The notes: generated by a model from the letters alone, not told the origin. Positions 19,506 through 29,844 are shown, counted from the first letter of the stretch. The stretch: 64,000 nt of DNA from an uncultured Thermoplasmata archaeon (GCA_963842165.1 CAWJFK010000029.1:94308-158307), one strand, 5' to 3'. Translations and numbers: made by a program.

Positions 19506-20670
19506 GTGGCGCATCGAGCGGCGATCGTGGGCGCCGGTCACACCCGGTTCGGCGTTCTGCCGGACGGCCCCCGCGCGCTCCTGCGCGCGGCGGTCGACGG
19601 CGCGTTCGCGACCGTGGACAAAGGCGCGCCGCGTTCCGCGGTCGGGGAAGCGTTCCTGGCGACCCTCGGGTTCGGAGGTTGGCAGATCGGTAATGCCTCG
19701 TCCCTCCTCGCCGAGGAGGCAGGCTGTACGGGGGCCGCGACCACACGGGTGGAGAACGCCTGCGCCTCGGGCGCCTTCGCGCTGCGAGCAGCAGTACGGA
19801 CGGTCGAGCGGGGCGACGCCGAACTGGTCCTCGTCGTCGGGCCTCGAGAAAATGACCGACGTGACGAGCGCGCGTCGTCGGTACTGGCTCGGGGTCTCGG
19901 GCGACACCGAGTGGGAGCGTCTCGCTGGCCTCACGTTCGCGGGTGTCTATGGTCTCATCGCATCGGAGTACCTTCACCGGCACCCGAACGGACGGGAGGC
20001 GCTTGCCGAGGTGGCCTCCAAGAACCACGAGAACGGCACCCGGAACCCGAACGCCCACTTCCAGAAGCGCGTCTCGCGCGAGGAGGTCCTCCGGGCTCCC
20101 CGGGTCGCCGACCCGCTGGGGCTGTACGACTGTTGCCCGGTCAGCGACGGCGCGTCGGCCCTCCTCTTGGCTCCCGCGGACCGGGCCCACCGGTACACCG
20201 ATACTCCCGTCTTCGTGGAGGGGTTGGGGGCCGGATCGGACCGTCTCGCGGTCCAGGACCGACCCGAACTGACCCGGTTCGACGCGAGTCGGCAGGCCGG
20301 GGACCAGGCGTTCCGGGACGCGGGCCTCGACCGATCGCGGGTGAACCTCCTCGAGGTCCACGACTGCTTCACGATCGCCGAGCTCCTCGCCCTCGAGGAC
20401 CTCGGGTTCGCCGAACCGGGTGGCGCGGCGGATCTCACCCTCTCCGGGGCGACCCGAGCCACCGGCCGGCTTCCCGTGAACCCCGATGGTGGGCTCAAGT
20501 CGAAAGGTCACCCGATCGGCGCTACGGGAGTAAGCCAGGTCTACGAGATCTTCCTCCAGCTGCGCGCCGCGGCTGGGGCCCGGGAGGTCCCCGGGGCCGA
20601 GGTGGCGCTCGCCCACAACGTGGGTGGGGCGGGGGCCACGGCCGCCGTCTCGCTCTTCACTCGGGGGTAG
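19506..20670 (+). CDS. Thiolase-family acetyl-CoA acetyltransferase (archaeal/SCP-x type; frame-disrupted)
   Basis: MAHRAAIVGAGHTRFG..VENACASGAFALR.. (frame of 19506) continues as ..EKMTDV..NHENGTRNPNAHF..CCPVSDGASALLL..GHPIGATGV..HNVGGAG.. (frame of 19693). There is an extra base at about 19841. Confidence 0.85.
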
Positions 20671-20671
20671 G

Positions 20672-21656
20672 GTGGGCGGAGGCTTCGAGCACGGGGCGGT
20701 CTACGTCCCGCGGCATCGGCGGTCGGGGAAGGCGATCCCTGCTCCGGACGAAGACTCCTTTACCATGGGCATGACGGCCCTGGAATCGCTCGCGACGGGG
20801 ACTCGACCGACCCGACCTTCCCACGTCCGCCTCGTCGGAGAATTCTCTTCGGTCGTTGATTGGGCGATCCCCGCCTTCCTAGGTTCTCCGTCGCGATCGG
20901 AAAGCACTCGGGCGATGCGCGCGGCTTCGTCGCGGCGGTCGACGAGGCGGCCCGCGCCGCCGGCGACGCGACGTCGTTCTTGGTCGCGGTCGACGCGGAC
21001 GGGCCCCGCGGGGCGGTGGCTGCGGCTCTTCGATTCGGCCCGGACCCATCCGCCCGCGCACCGAACTGGAGCGCATCGAACGCGACCGAGGGTGCGGCGG
21101 GCCTTGCGCGGGCTGCTCTCGCCAGTGCGGGGATCGTGGAACGGCCAACGACCGATGGGCCTCCACCCCCGGCTCTTGGACCCCCGAGGCCATCGCGGCG
21201 TTCACCTCGACCGGACTCTCCCGGGTCTCTGAAGGCGCGTACGTGCCTCGCCCCCGTTACCTGGAAAACCTGCCGAGCCGGTGGCGGCTGGAAGGAGACC
21301 ACTGCGCCGCGTGCGCTCGCACCACCTTCCCTCGACGCGATCGCTGCCTCCACTGCGGGCGGGCCGATCGCCTCTCGCCCGTGTCCCTGCCGCGGGACGG
21401 AGCTCGGGTCGTGGCTGCGACGACCATTGGAAAGGGAGGCCAGCCGACGGAGTTCGACCCTCAGGTCGAAGCGGTCGGTGGCTACGGGGTCGTCTTGGCC
21501 GAGTTCGCCCCCGGTGTCCGGCTCACGCTCCAGGTCACCGACGCGACCCCCGGTGAGATCCAGATCGGGGGCCGGATCGGGACCCGTCTTCGGCGCCTGT
21601 ATCCGATGGAAGGGGAGTGGCGGTACGGTCGGAAGGCCGTGCCGCGGACGGCCTGA
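20672..21656 (+). CDS. HMG-CoA-synthase-like N-terminal half (no catalytic Cys) fused to a DUF35 Zn-ribbon/OB-fold domain (two frame disruptions)
   Basis: The GTG lies 2 nt after the thiolase stop. GAVYVPRHRR..PDEDSFTMGMTALESL..VRLVGEFSS.. / ..FSVAIGKHSGDARGFVAAVDEA..SFLVAVDADGPRGAVAAALRFG.. / ..SEGAYVPRPRYLENL..GDHCAACARTTFPRRDRCLHCG..OB fold. Shifts at about 20881 and about 21180-21185 (C-run). Confidence 0.6.
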
Positions 21657-21658
21657 CC

Positions 21659-23441
21659 CTAACCCTTCTTCGTTCCGCCGTCCGGCTTCGGCGCTTCCCA
21701 GGGGACCCCGAGCCAGCTTTCGTGGACTTTTCGGGCGAGGTCGCTCGCCGGCTCGGCCGCTGCGAACCGGTACTTTTGGGGAGGCGGCTTGCCCGTCGTC
21801 AGGGCGAGGTGCCGCAGGTGGCCGCGGCGGAATACAGCTACGTCGAGGGGGGTCCCCGGCGGATAGGCCTCTAGCGTCTTCTCGAACCTCGGGAAGCTGA
21901 CCTTGTTCCCGTTGAGCGCCACGATCTCGTCGCGCGGGCTGAGGCCCCCCCGGTGGCCCGGTGTGTCGAGCAGCACGTGGGTCACGCGCACGAACCCGTC
22001 GGCGTCCTCGAACCGGATCCCGAGGTAGCCGGGCTCGGCCGTGTCGTCGTCGGGGGCTTGGGTCGGGGGCCGAACGTGAGGCCGGTGTACCGCGCGAAAC
22101 GCTCGACATCGAGCTCCGCGGTCCCGCGGATGTATTGGTCGAAGAACTCGGTGAGGTCGAGCCCCGTGGCTCGCTCGGCCACGGGTTGGAGCTCTCCCTC
22201 CTCCAGCCCACGTCCCAGTTTCCCATACTCGGTCCACAGGAGGCGCACGACGGTCTCGAGCGAGGCGCGAGTCTCCGTTCGGTGCCGGATCTCGAGGTCG
22301 AGGCAGAGGGAGACGAGGTACCCCTTGGTGTAGTAGGAGACCGACTGGTTGGGGGTCTCCTCGAACGGCTGATAGTAGTCGACCCAGGCGATCCGGGAGA
22401 GCTCCTCGAGCGAGAGCGAATTCCGCCCGGGCGAGGAGAGGACCTCCTTGGCCACGCGGGCGTTCTCCTCGAGGAACTTGGCCGGAGAGTAGAGGCCCGC
22501 CCGCCGCAGGATGAGGTCGGAGAAGTAGTCAGTCGCCCCCTCCATCCACCACAGCTGGCCCGTCGAGACCTCGCGGGTGTAATCGAACGGGCCGAGCGAC
22601 TTCGGGCGGATCCGTTTCACGTTCCAGAGATGGAAGTACTCGTGGCTCTGCAGCGCGAGGAAGCGCTGGTACCGCTCGAGCGGGGCGAAGACGTCGGGCC
22701 GCACGACCGCGGAGTTGGAGGACGCGTGCTCGAGCCCTCCGTCCGGGATGTCGTTCAGATGGACGAAGAAGGTGTACCCGTGGAGCGGGGACTCGCCGAC
22801 CAACCGGATGGAGGCGTCCACGATCTTCGAAAGGTCCTCTTCGAGGCGGTGGGCCTCGTAGTTCCCCCCTCGCCGCAGATCGAGATCCGATGCGGGATCC
22901 CGTGCGGTCGAACCGTCAGGACCAGCGGGTGGCCCGCGTCAATGGGGCTGTCGACGAGCTCGTCGTAGGTCTCGGCCCGGTACGTCGGGGGACGCGAGCT
23001 CACCTCCTCGAGCTCGGTCACGACCCGCCAGTCGGTGGGCAGGTGCAGTTCGACTTCGACGGGCTCCTGGAGGTGGCCATCGACGAACGGCAAGCACAGG
23101 GCGGCGTTGAGGAGCATGTGATCCGACGTGAGGTCGAACGCCTCCGTGACCATCTGGTGACCGTAGACTGTGGACCGTACAGTGAGCGCACGGATCCCTG
23201 CCGTCGTGAGGCGCCACCGGTCCGAGGCCACCCGTTGGACCGGGACCGAGGCCGACCCTACCGACGTCCGGGCGGTCACATCGCGGAACCCCCGGACGTA
23301 GTTGACGAGGTGATAGGAGCCCGGGACCCAGGAGGGGAGGACCAGGTCGAGGGTCGGGGCGTCCACTTCCGAGAGGTCGATGGAGAAGCGGCCTCGGTGG
23401 CCTTCCGGGGTAGTGGCGTCGACGCGGTAGCGAAGGTGCAC
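21659..23441 (-). CDS. M61-family metallopeptidase with C-terminal PDZ domain (two frame disruptions)
   Basis: N-terminal beta domain (ORF 22755..23441), catalytic part with HEYFHLW (ORF 21982..22821), and PDZ (..GYLGIRFEDADGFVRVTHVLLDTPGHRGGLSPRDEIVALNG.., ORF 21659..22237). Shifts at about 22864-22870 (C-run) and about 22060-22075. Confidence 0.85.
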
Positions 23442-23453
23442 GGGAACCCCGAC

Positions 23454-23666
23454 CTACGCGAAGCCGGGCAGGTCGCGGTCGGGACCGCCCTTACGGGCGT
23501 ACGGCTCCCCGGCGATCCCGAGGTGGGCCGCGAGGGCGCGGAACGTGGTGACCAGTTGGTTGATCGCCGTCGCCATCTCCTTCTGTTCGGCCCGAAGCTC
23601 GCGGATCTCTTGGCGGAGCATCCTCAACTCGGCCTCCCAATGGTCCTCGCCCGGTCCTGCGCTCAC
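23454..23666 (-). CDS. Small coiled-coil protein, hypothetical (70 aa)
   Basis: Intact ORF, ..HWEAELRMLRQEIRELRAEQKEMATAINQLVTTFRAL... Lies 12 nt upstream of the M61 peptidase on the same strand. Confidence 0.45.
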   Translation of the reverse strand: MSAGPGEDHWEAELRMLRQEIRELRAEQKEMATAINQLVTTFRALAAHLGIAGEPYARKGGPDRDLPGFA

Positions 23667-23727
23667 GCGTGTCCCCTCGGGAATGGTAGTCCGGGCCCCA
23701 GATTAGCTTCGCCGCCGCCGGCGGGGC

Positions 23728-24257
23728 CTACGTCCGCGTACCGCTAGGACCGAACGGCGAGTCCGAGGTCCCCTTCTCCACGAACGGTACCCACGTCTTG
23801 TCGTTCGCCGAGTAGTCGACCCGCCGGAGTTCGAACGACGAACGACTTCAGCAACTCCGAGGAGGCCGGGCGGATCGTGAAAGAGTAGACGTAGATGCCG
23901 AACCCCATGAAGTCGGTGACGCGGCGGAGGACCTCCGCAAGGTGCTCGAGCGGCACGGTGACCCGGATCGAGGTCTCCCCCAGGAGACCCGAGAACTCAT
24001 CGACGTCGAACGGGCGTTCGAGGCTGATGAGCGGGACCGCGGGGGAGGCGCCCGAGGTCGTCGGGGAAGGGGGCGCCGCCGGGGGCGTGGGAGTCACCGC
24101 ATTCGAACCACCGGGGGGCCCTCGCGGAGCCAGCTTTGGGTCCTTGGGGGGGTACTTGTCGAGCACCGGCGAAGCGTCGCGGCCGACGAAGCCCTTCCCG
24201 GGCCGGTCGCCTCGGACGTCGTGCCGCTCGTTGCAGGCCCTTTTTCTTCGCCGCCAT
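23728..24257 (-). CDS. Hypothetical protein with Lys-rich N-terminus, Pro-rich linker and a compact C-terminal domain (two frame disruptions)
   Basis: MAAKKK.. (frame of ORF 23997..24440), then ..ERHDVRGDRPGKGFVG..PLISLERPFDVDEFSGLLGETSIRVTVPLEHLAEVLRRVTDFMGFGIYVYSFTIRP.. (ORF 23744..24394), then ..FELRRVDYSANDKTWVPFVEKG..* (third frame). Shifts at about 24241-24245 (A/T run) and about 23830. Confidence 0.4.
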
Positions 24258-24519
24258 CGGACGTTTCCCGGAGGCGCCGAGGGCCATAAGTTGGGCGGCC
24301 GTGGTGCTCGCGGTCTCTGCGGCGGTCCTCCCTCCGATCGCCGCTCCTCGACCCCTTTCCGGCGTCCGCCAGAGGAGTTTGTCGCGATTGCCACCGTGCG
24401 AATCTACGTCACGGCTGGCGAGTTTTGTCGTCTCTCTCACTACAATTCAATTAAGTAAGCCCGAGTGGGTGGGCCGTGCAAGGCGGACCCGACCGGGCCT
24501 GCTGGAATGAGGAAGAAGA

Positions 24520-26236
24520 ATGCCCGCACGCGTGATGAAGGAGTTCCAGGCCCCGCGGGGCCTTCCCCGGAAGACGGCCTCGGTCTGCCCCGAATGCATC
24601 AAGGTGATCCCCGCGGTCGTCCGGGAGAAGGATGGCCGGGTCATCATGGAAAAGACCTGCCGTACCCACGGCTACTTCTGGGACATCATCTCGAACGACG
24701 TCGATTTCTACCTCCGGATGGAGGTCTACGCTCATGACGGGGTCGGCTACGAGAACCCCTACTACGACAAGTTCCGCGGCTGCCCGACCACGTGCGGAAT
24801 GTGCAGCCACCACAAGTCCCACACGGGACTCGCCCTGATCGACTTGACGAACCGGTGCAACCTGAAGTGCCCGGTCTGCTTCGCGAACGCCAACGCGGCC
24901 GGCTGATGTCTTTGAGCCGACCCGCGAGCAGATCCACTTCATGCTGAAGACCCTCCGCGAGCAGAAGCCCGTCGGAACGGTCGCGGTCCAGTTCTCGGGA
25001 GGGGAGCCGACGCTCTCCCCGCTGTTCGTCGACGCGGTCTCGATGGCCCGCGACCTCGGTTTCAAGCAGATCCAGGTCGCGACCAACGGGATCCGGATGG
25101 CCAACGAGCCCGGCTTCGCCCAGGCGTCCCGGGACGCGGGCCTCCACACCCTCTACCTCCAATTCGACGGTCTGGACGACGAGATCTACCGGAAGGTGCG
25201 GGGCGTCCCGCTCCTGAAGGTCAAGCAGAAGGCCATCCAGGCCGCGCGGGAGACCCACTCGCCCGCGTCCGACCTCGCGGCCGGCAAGCCGGACAAACCC
25301 CTGTCCGTCGTGCTCGTCCCAACCCTGGTCGGCGGTTTCAACGAGAAGGAGATCTGGCCGACGGTCAAGTTCGCGATCGACAACATCGACGTCGTCCGCG
25401 GCGTCAACTTCCAGCCCGTGGCCCTGACGGCGCGAATCCCGGACAAGGACCGCTTCCAGATGCGGTTCACCCAGTCCGACTTGGTGCGCATCCTCTGCAC
25501 GGAAGGACCGTTCGAGAAGTCGGACTTCTTCCCCGTGCCGTCGGTCGCCCCGATCTCGGAGCTGGTCAGCATCATCCACGGCGAGGAGAAGATGACGCTC
25601 ACCACGCACCCGGGCTGCGGGTGCGCCACGTTCGCCTTCATCTCGAAGGACGGACAGAAGATCACCCCGCTCCCGCGCTTCATGGACGTGGACGGGTTCT
25701 TCGAGAACGTCGAATCGATGATCGAGAAGTACCGGGACGCGCGCTTCGCGCGGGTCCGGACCGCCGTGGCGGGGGCCCGCCTCCTCCACGACGTGTCGAA
25801 GTACTTCGACTTCTCGAAGGCGCCGGAGGGCCTGTCCGAGAAGAACTGCGTGAAGGTCATCGCCTCGATCTTCACCGAGGGGAACAAGGAGGCCGTCGCG
25901 AAGTTCACCTGGAGGACCCTCTACATCGGCAACATGCACTTCCAGGACGCGTACGACTACGACATCCAGCGCCTGATGCGCTGCGATATCCACTACGCGG
26001 TCCCCGACGGACGGGTCATCCCGTTCTGCTCGTACAACTCGGGCCCGATCTACCGGACGGAGGTCGAAAAGAAGTTCTCGATCCCGATCCCGGACTGGCA
26101 GCGGGCGAAGGCGCAGGGCGGCGCGTCCCAGCTGAAGACCATCGAGACGATGGGGATCAACGGGGAAGTCATCGTCGACCCCGAGTACTACCGCGTGCGG
26201 GCGCTCAAGGGCGCCCCCGGGATGGGGTCGGCTTAG
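24520..26236 (+). CDS. tes: Radical SAM enzyme, probable tetraether lipid synthase (Tes/GDGT-MAS family; frame-disrupted)
   Basis: Rubredoxin-like N-terminus (CPEC..CRTHG) and radical SAM motif CNLKCPVCFANA. The reading continues after an inserted G at 24905 (GGCT[G]ATGTC gives ..AAGYVFEPTREQ..) into ORF 24941..26236 (..FSGGEPTL..). The large C-terminal domain has further Cys clusters. The Tes assignment comes from remembered family features. Confidence 0.75.
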
Positions 26237-26744
26237 ACTGCCCTCGGCCCCCGCGGCCAACCTCTTCCTTCTTCTCTTCCGAGGGCATGTACGGCGGCCC
26301 CGCCCGCTCGTAGAACGTAGCGCCCGCCTCCCTCCATCGAAGACTCTCGGGAGCGCTGGGTCGGGGCGGGGTCTCGAGCCGCCGGTCGATCTCCTGCCAA
26401 ACGGACGAGGCATCGAGCGTCGTGGCCGGGAAGCTGGCCGCGACGTTGGGGTGTCGCTCCAGCCATCGGCCCCCCGCTTCGATGTGCTTGCAGGTGCCCA
26501 GCCCCCGACGGGCGAAGTCGGCGCACGTGCAGAGCGTGATGGACCGATCCGGAAACGCGGGCAGCATGACCCGGTAGGAGGTCCGGTGCAACGGGTTGCG
26601 GACCTCGAGGAGCGGAAACGGGTCCCGGGTAAGCAGGCAGACGTCCAGCGGCTCCTCGACCGCCCGGCTCCGGCGCTCGGCGACCGCCCACGGGTCGTCG
26701 CCCGCTCTCCCGGCCCCTTCCCGGGGTATTTTTGGGTCCGTCAT
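26205..26744 (-). CDS. SWIM zinc-finger domain protein
   Basis: CTCADFARRGLGTCKHI matches the CxCx(n)CxH SWIM signature. Intact 179-aa ORF. Its 3' end overlaps the tes 3' end by 32 nt. Confidence 0.6.
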   Translation of the reverse strand: MTDPKIPREGAGRAGDDPWAVAERRSRAVEEPLDVCLLTRDPFPLLEVRNPLHRTSYRVMLPAFPDRSITLCTCADFARRGLGTCKHIEAGGRWLERHPNVAASFPATTLDASSVWQEIDRRLETPPRPSAPESLRWREAGATFYERAGPPYMPSEEKKEEVGRGGRGQSKPTPSRGRP

Positions 26745-26763
26745 GCACGTTCGGAAGGGCCGC

Positions 26764-26769
26764 TATATA
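26764..26769 (+). promoter_or_regulatory. TATA box (TATATA) for the antiporter gene
   Basis: Centre lies about 26 nt upstream of ATG 26792 with no SD, the leaderless-type spacing. Confidence 0.5.
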
Positions 26770-26791
26770 CCATGGGTTGAAATGATGACCG

Positions 26792-28100
26792 ATGACCGAC
26801 GCGACCACTTCGTTCCTGATCGCGTTGTTCCTCCTCGTCGCCCTGGCCGTCTTCGTCGGCGAGGTGTTCATCCGCCTGGGCCAGGTGGCGCTCGTGGGTC
26901 AGCTCCTCGTCGGGGTCATCCTCGGACCCACCCTGCTCTCGCCCTACCTCGGGATCACGAACACCGGCACGGAGTTCGCGGGCCTCCAGACCCTCGCGAC
27001 GTTCTTCATCCTCCTGATGGCGGGTCTCTCCGTCAGCCCCGAGCAGATCTGGGACACCGGCCTCTCCTCGGTCCTGCTCGGGATCGCGATCTTTGTCGTC
27101 CCCTTCATCGGGGGGGCGGGCGTGGTCCTCCTCCTCTACCCCGGCCTCAGCCCCACGACGTCGCTCTTCGTCGCGCTGACGATCTCGATCACCGCGCTCC
27201 CGGTCCTCGCGATCATGCTCCGCGAGTTCGGCCTCATGCAGAGCCGCTTCGGGACCTTCCTCCTGAACGCGTCGGTCGTCAACGAGCTCACGGCCGTCAC
27301 CGCGTTCGCGATCCTGCTCAGCGTCTCCTCGTCCACGGCGGGGACGTACCCGGCGATCGCCGTCTCGATCCTGACGGTCGCCCTGTTCCTCGCGACGGTC
27401 CTCACCGTCCACGTGACGCTCCGGGTGCTCCGCCAGGTCCGCCTGTGGGACCGGCTGGTCGTTCGGTTCCGGGAGACCTGGCGTTCCCGGGAGGCCGGGT
27501 TCGGCATCCTGATCGTCATCGGCCTCGGCGCGGCCCTGTACCTCGCAGTTCCTCGGCCTCACGTTCGTCGTGGGCGCCTTCTACGCGGGACTCCTCGTCA
27601 CCCCCGAGAGCGTCGGGTCCCGACAGCACCGATCGATCACGTTCCTGTTCGAGGCCGTGACCTGGGGGTTCTTCATCCCGCTCTTCTTCGCGCTCGTCGG
27701 CTTCGACACGAACTTCGCGAGCCTCTTCTCTACCCCCCTCGCGGTCCTCCTGTTCGCGGGCCTGTGCCTGTTCGCCCTCACGGCGAAGATCGGGATGGGG
27801 GCCCTCGTCACCCGCAGCCTGCGGTGGTCCCGCCCGGAGTCCCTCGCGGCCGGCTGGCTGCTGACGAGCCGCGGCGCCGTCGAGCTCGCGATGGCGACGA
27901 TCCTCCTCGGCCTGCACGTCTTCACAACCCCGATATTCACGGTCGTCGCCGGCGTCGGTCTCGTGACGACCTGCCTTTCCCCGATCGGGGCCCGCCCGTT
28001 CATCCGTCAGGTCACGCTCGAGCGCCGGGCGGCGGAGGAAGCGGCCCGCCAGCCCCCGGTGGATGCATCGTTGCCGCCGACCCGTCTGCTCACCGAGTAG
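26792..28100 (+). CDS. Monovalent cation:proton antiporter (CPA2/Kef-NapA type; frame-disrupted)
   Basis: Polytopic; ..QVALVGQLLVGVILGP.. is typical of the CPA2 N-terminus. Continues after about 27540 in the frame of ORF 27570..28100 (..SQFLGLTFVVGAFYAGLL..LLTSRGAVELA..). Confidence 0.85.
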
Positions 28101-28155
28101 GGAGCCGCCTCCCTCGCCCGGGCCCTTTATCTTCCGGCCTCCCTCGACCGGCCCG

Positions 28156-28380
28156 ATGGCAGGCCCCCCCCCAGCCTCGACGCGTCGACGACGCGCTCCC
28201 CTCTCGAAGGCGACGAAGATCGGGGTCGGCCTCCTCCTGACCTTCGCCGGGTTGTTCCTGCTCTCGATCCTCCTCCCGACCGCCCCGGGCCGTTTCTCCA
28301 CCATCCTGCCGGTGGCGGGCGCTGGCATGCTGCTGCTCTGGATGGGCGGCATCTGGATGGGTGTCGGGAGCCGCTCCTAG
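28156..28380 (+). CDS. Small two-TM membrane protein, hypothetical (74 aa)
   Basis: Internal ATG of ORF 28063..28380. A basic N-terminus is followed by two hydrophobic helices (IGVGLLLTFAGLFLLSILL / ILPVAGAGMLLLWMGGIWMGV). Confidence 0.4.
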   Translation: MAGPPPASTRRRRAPLSKATKIGVGLLLTFAGLFLLSILLPTAPGRFSTILPVAGAGMLLLWMGGIWMGVGSRS

Positions 28381-28387
28381 GGGCACG

Positions 28388-29039
28388 ATGGTCCCGGGTC
28401 CCTGGCGGCTGGTCACCTTCGACATCGACGGTACGCTCACCCTCGTGCACGGGTGGAAGGCGCTCGCCGAGCAGTTCGGCCGCACCGAGCAGTACCGAGC
28501 GCACGATGGCCCGGATCCGGGCCCGGGAGGCCAGCGAGGACGAGACGATCGCCGGCCTCCTCCGGATCGCTGAAGGACACACCGTCCCTGAGGTCGAGGA
28601 GATCCTCGCGAAGACCCCCAAGCTCTCGGGAATCCCCGAGGGCGTCCAAGCGCTCCACGACCGGGGGATCCGAGTGGCCTTGCTCACTCACAACCCACCC
28701 TACGTAACCGGCTGGTACCGCGCCTTTGCGGGGTTCGACGACGCGGGGGGGCTCTTCGGCCACCAGGCGACCCAGCCCGTCATCGGCCCCCCGGAGGCGG
28801 TCCGGGTCGACAAGCTCGGCGCTCTGACGGAGATGGTCGCGCGAGAGGGGGTCACCCTTCATGAAGTGGTTCACGTGGGGGATTCCCGGCCCGACGCCGC
28901 GGTGTTCCCCCACATCGGGGCGGGCGTAGCGCTCAACGCGACGTCGCCCGAGGTCGCCCGGGCGGCCGACCTCGCGATGCGGACCCGTGACTTCGGCGAG
29001 GTGGTCGAGGCGATCCTCCGATTGCCCTCCCGGGGCTGA
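28388..29039 (+). CDS. HAD-superfamily hydrolase (SerB-like subfamily; frame-disrupted)
   Basis: Motif I is VTFDIDGTLT. After about 28500 the reading continues in ORF 28506..29039 (..VALLTHNP.., ..VVHVGDSRPD..). Confidence 0.8.
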
Positions 29040-29100
29040 ACGGTGGGGTTCGGCAGCGGAACAGTTTTCTAATGAAACCGCTTCCTCCCCTTGTTCCCGC

Positions 29101-29685
29101 ATGGAATTCGTCATTGTTTGGGCCTCTCATCCGACCTGGCTCACGCTCCAGCTCCCCAAGGACGTCGCCGAGCTGATCGGATACCACCCGGAAGAGGGGG
29201 CCGAGCGCGACTCCAGCCGCACCATTTCGTTCCTTGCTCGGGGACCCCAGGTCGCCCGGGTGGTCTCGACGCACCGGGCGCGGGAGGCGCTCGCGGTTGA
29301 GACTGTGCGGGGCCGCCTCATCGCCTCGGCCCGTCCGGGGGACCGTCGGATCTTCACCCTCCCCAACGCCCTGACCGAGTACCTGGGGTTGCGGGTGCTT
29401 CAGCGGGGGCCCCGGGCCGGCCGGGGCACGGGAGACGGCCTCGTTTGGTTCGCCCCGGCCCCCGACTTCTATGAGTTCCGAGCCGTGGCGGACGAAGGGA
29501 AACCGTACTCCGGACCTTCCAGCGGCCCGTTCGCTCCCGTGTACGTGACGAACGCGCTCTATCCGTTCCCGAGCGGGATCGCCGACCTCGCCGAACGCGA
29601 GACCCAAATCGAAACGACCGAATGGCGCCCGGCGGTCCGAATGCTCCAGCGGGTGGGGCGAGGACGACGGGAGGGGTCGAGCTAG
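29101..29685 (+). CDS. Hypothetical protein (194 aa) with two AbrB/SpoVT-like strand motifs
   Basis: ATG internal to ORF 28987..29685, about 30 nt downstream of an AT-rich TTTTCTAATG patch. LTLQLPKDVAELIGY and IFTLPNALTEYLGL resemble swapped-hairpin AbrB motifs; this is a weak call. Confidence 0.45.
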   Translation: MEFVIVWASHPTWLTLQLPKDVAELIGYHPEEGAERDSSRTISFLARGPQVARVVSTHRAREALAVETVRGRLIASARPGDRRIFTLPNALTEYLGLRVLQRGPRAGRGTGDGLVWFAPAPDFYEFRAVADEGKPYSGPSSGPFAPVYVTNALYPFPSGIADLAERETQIETTEWRPAVRMLQRVGRGRREGSS

Positions 29686-29816
29686 GGGTCGATCTACCCC
29701 GAGAGCGGACCGAAGAATACATTCGCCCGGAGCACCCTCTAGGGGCGAATCCGACCCTGGGGCAGCAAATTACCGGCGGCGGAGTATATCTCCGAACCGG
29801 CTCGTTTCCTAAGTTA

Positions 29817-29822
29817 TTTATA
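29817..29822 (+). promoter_or_regulatory. Strong TATA box (TTTATA within TTATTTATAG)
   Basis: The most AT-rich spot in the window. Centre lies about 25 nt upstream of ATG 29845 with no SD, the leaderless-type spacing. This supports ATG 29845 as the true start. Confidence 0.6.
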
Positions 29823-29844
29823 GCATCCCTTCGAATTGAATCAT

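Noticed and set aside
29781-29793. GGAGTATATCTCC near-palindrome as a second promoter or operator upstream of the 29845 gene.
   Set aside because: The arms are only 4 bp and it lies about 60 nt from the start. The TTTATA at 29817-29822 already explains the promoter.
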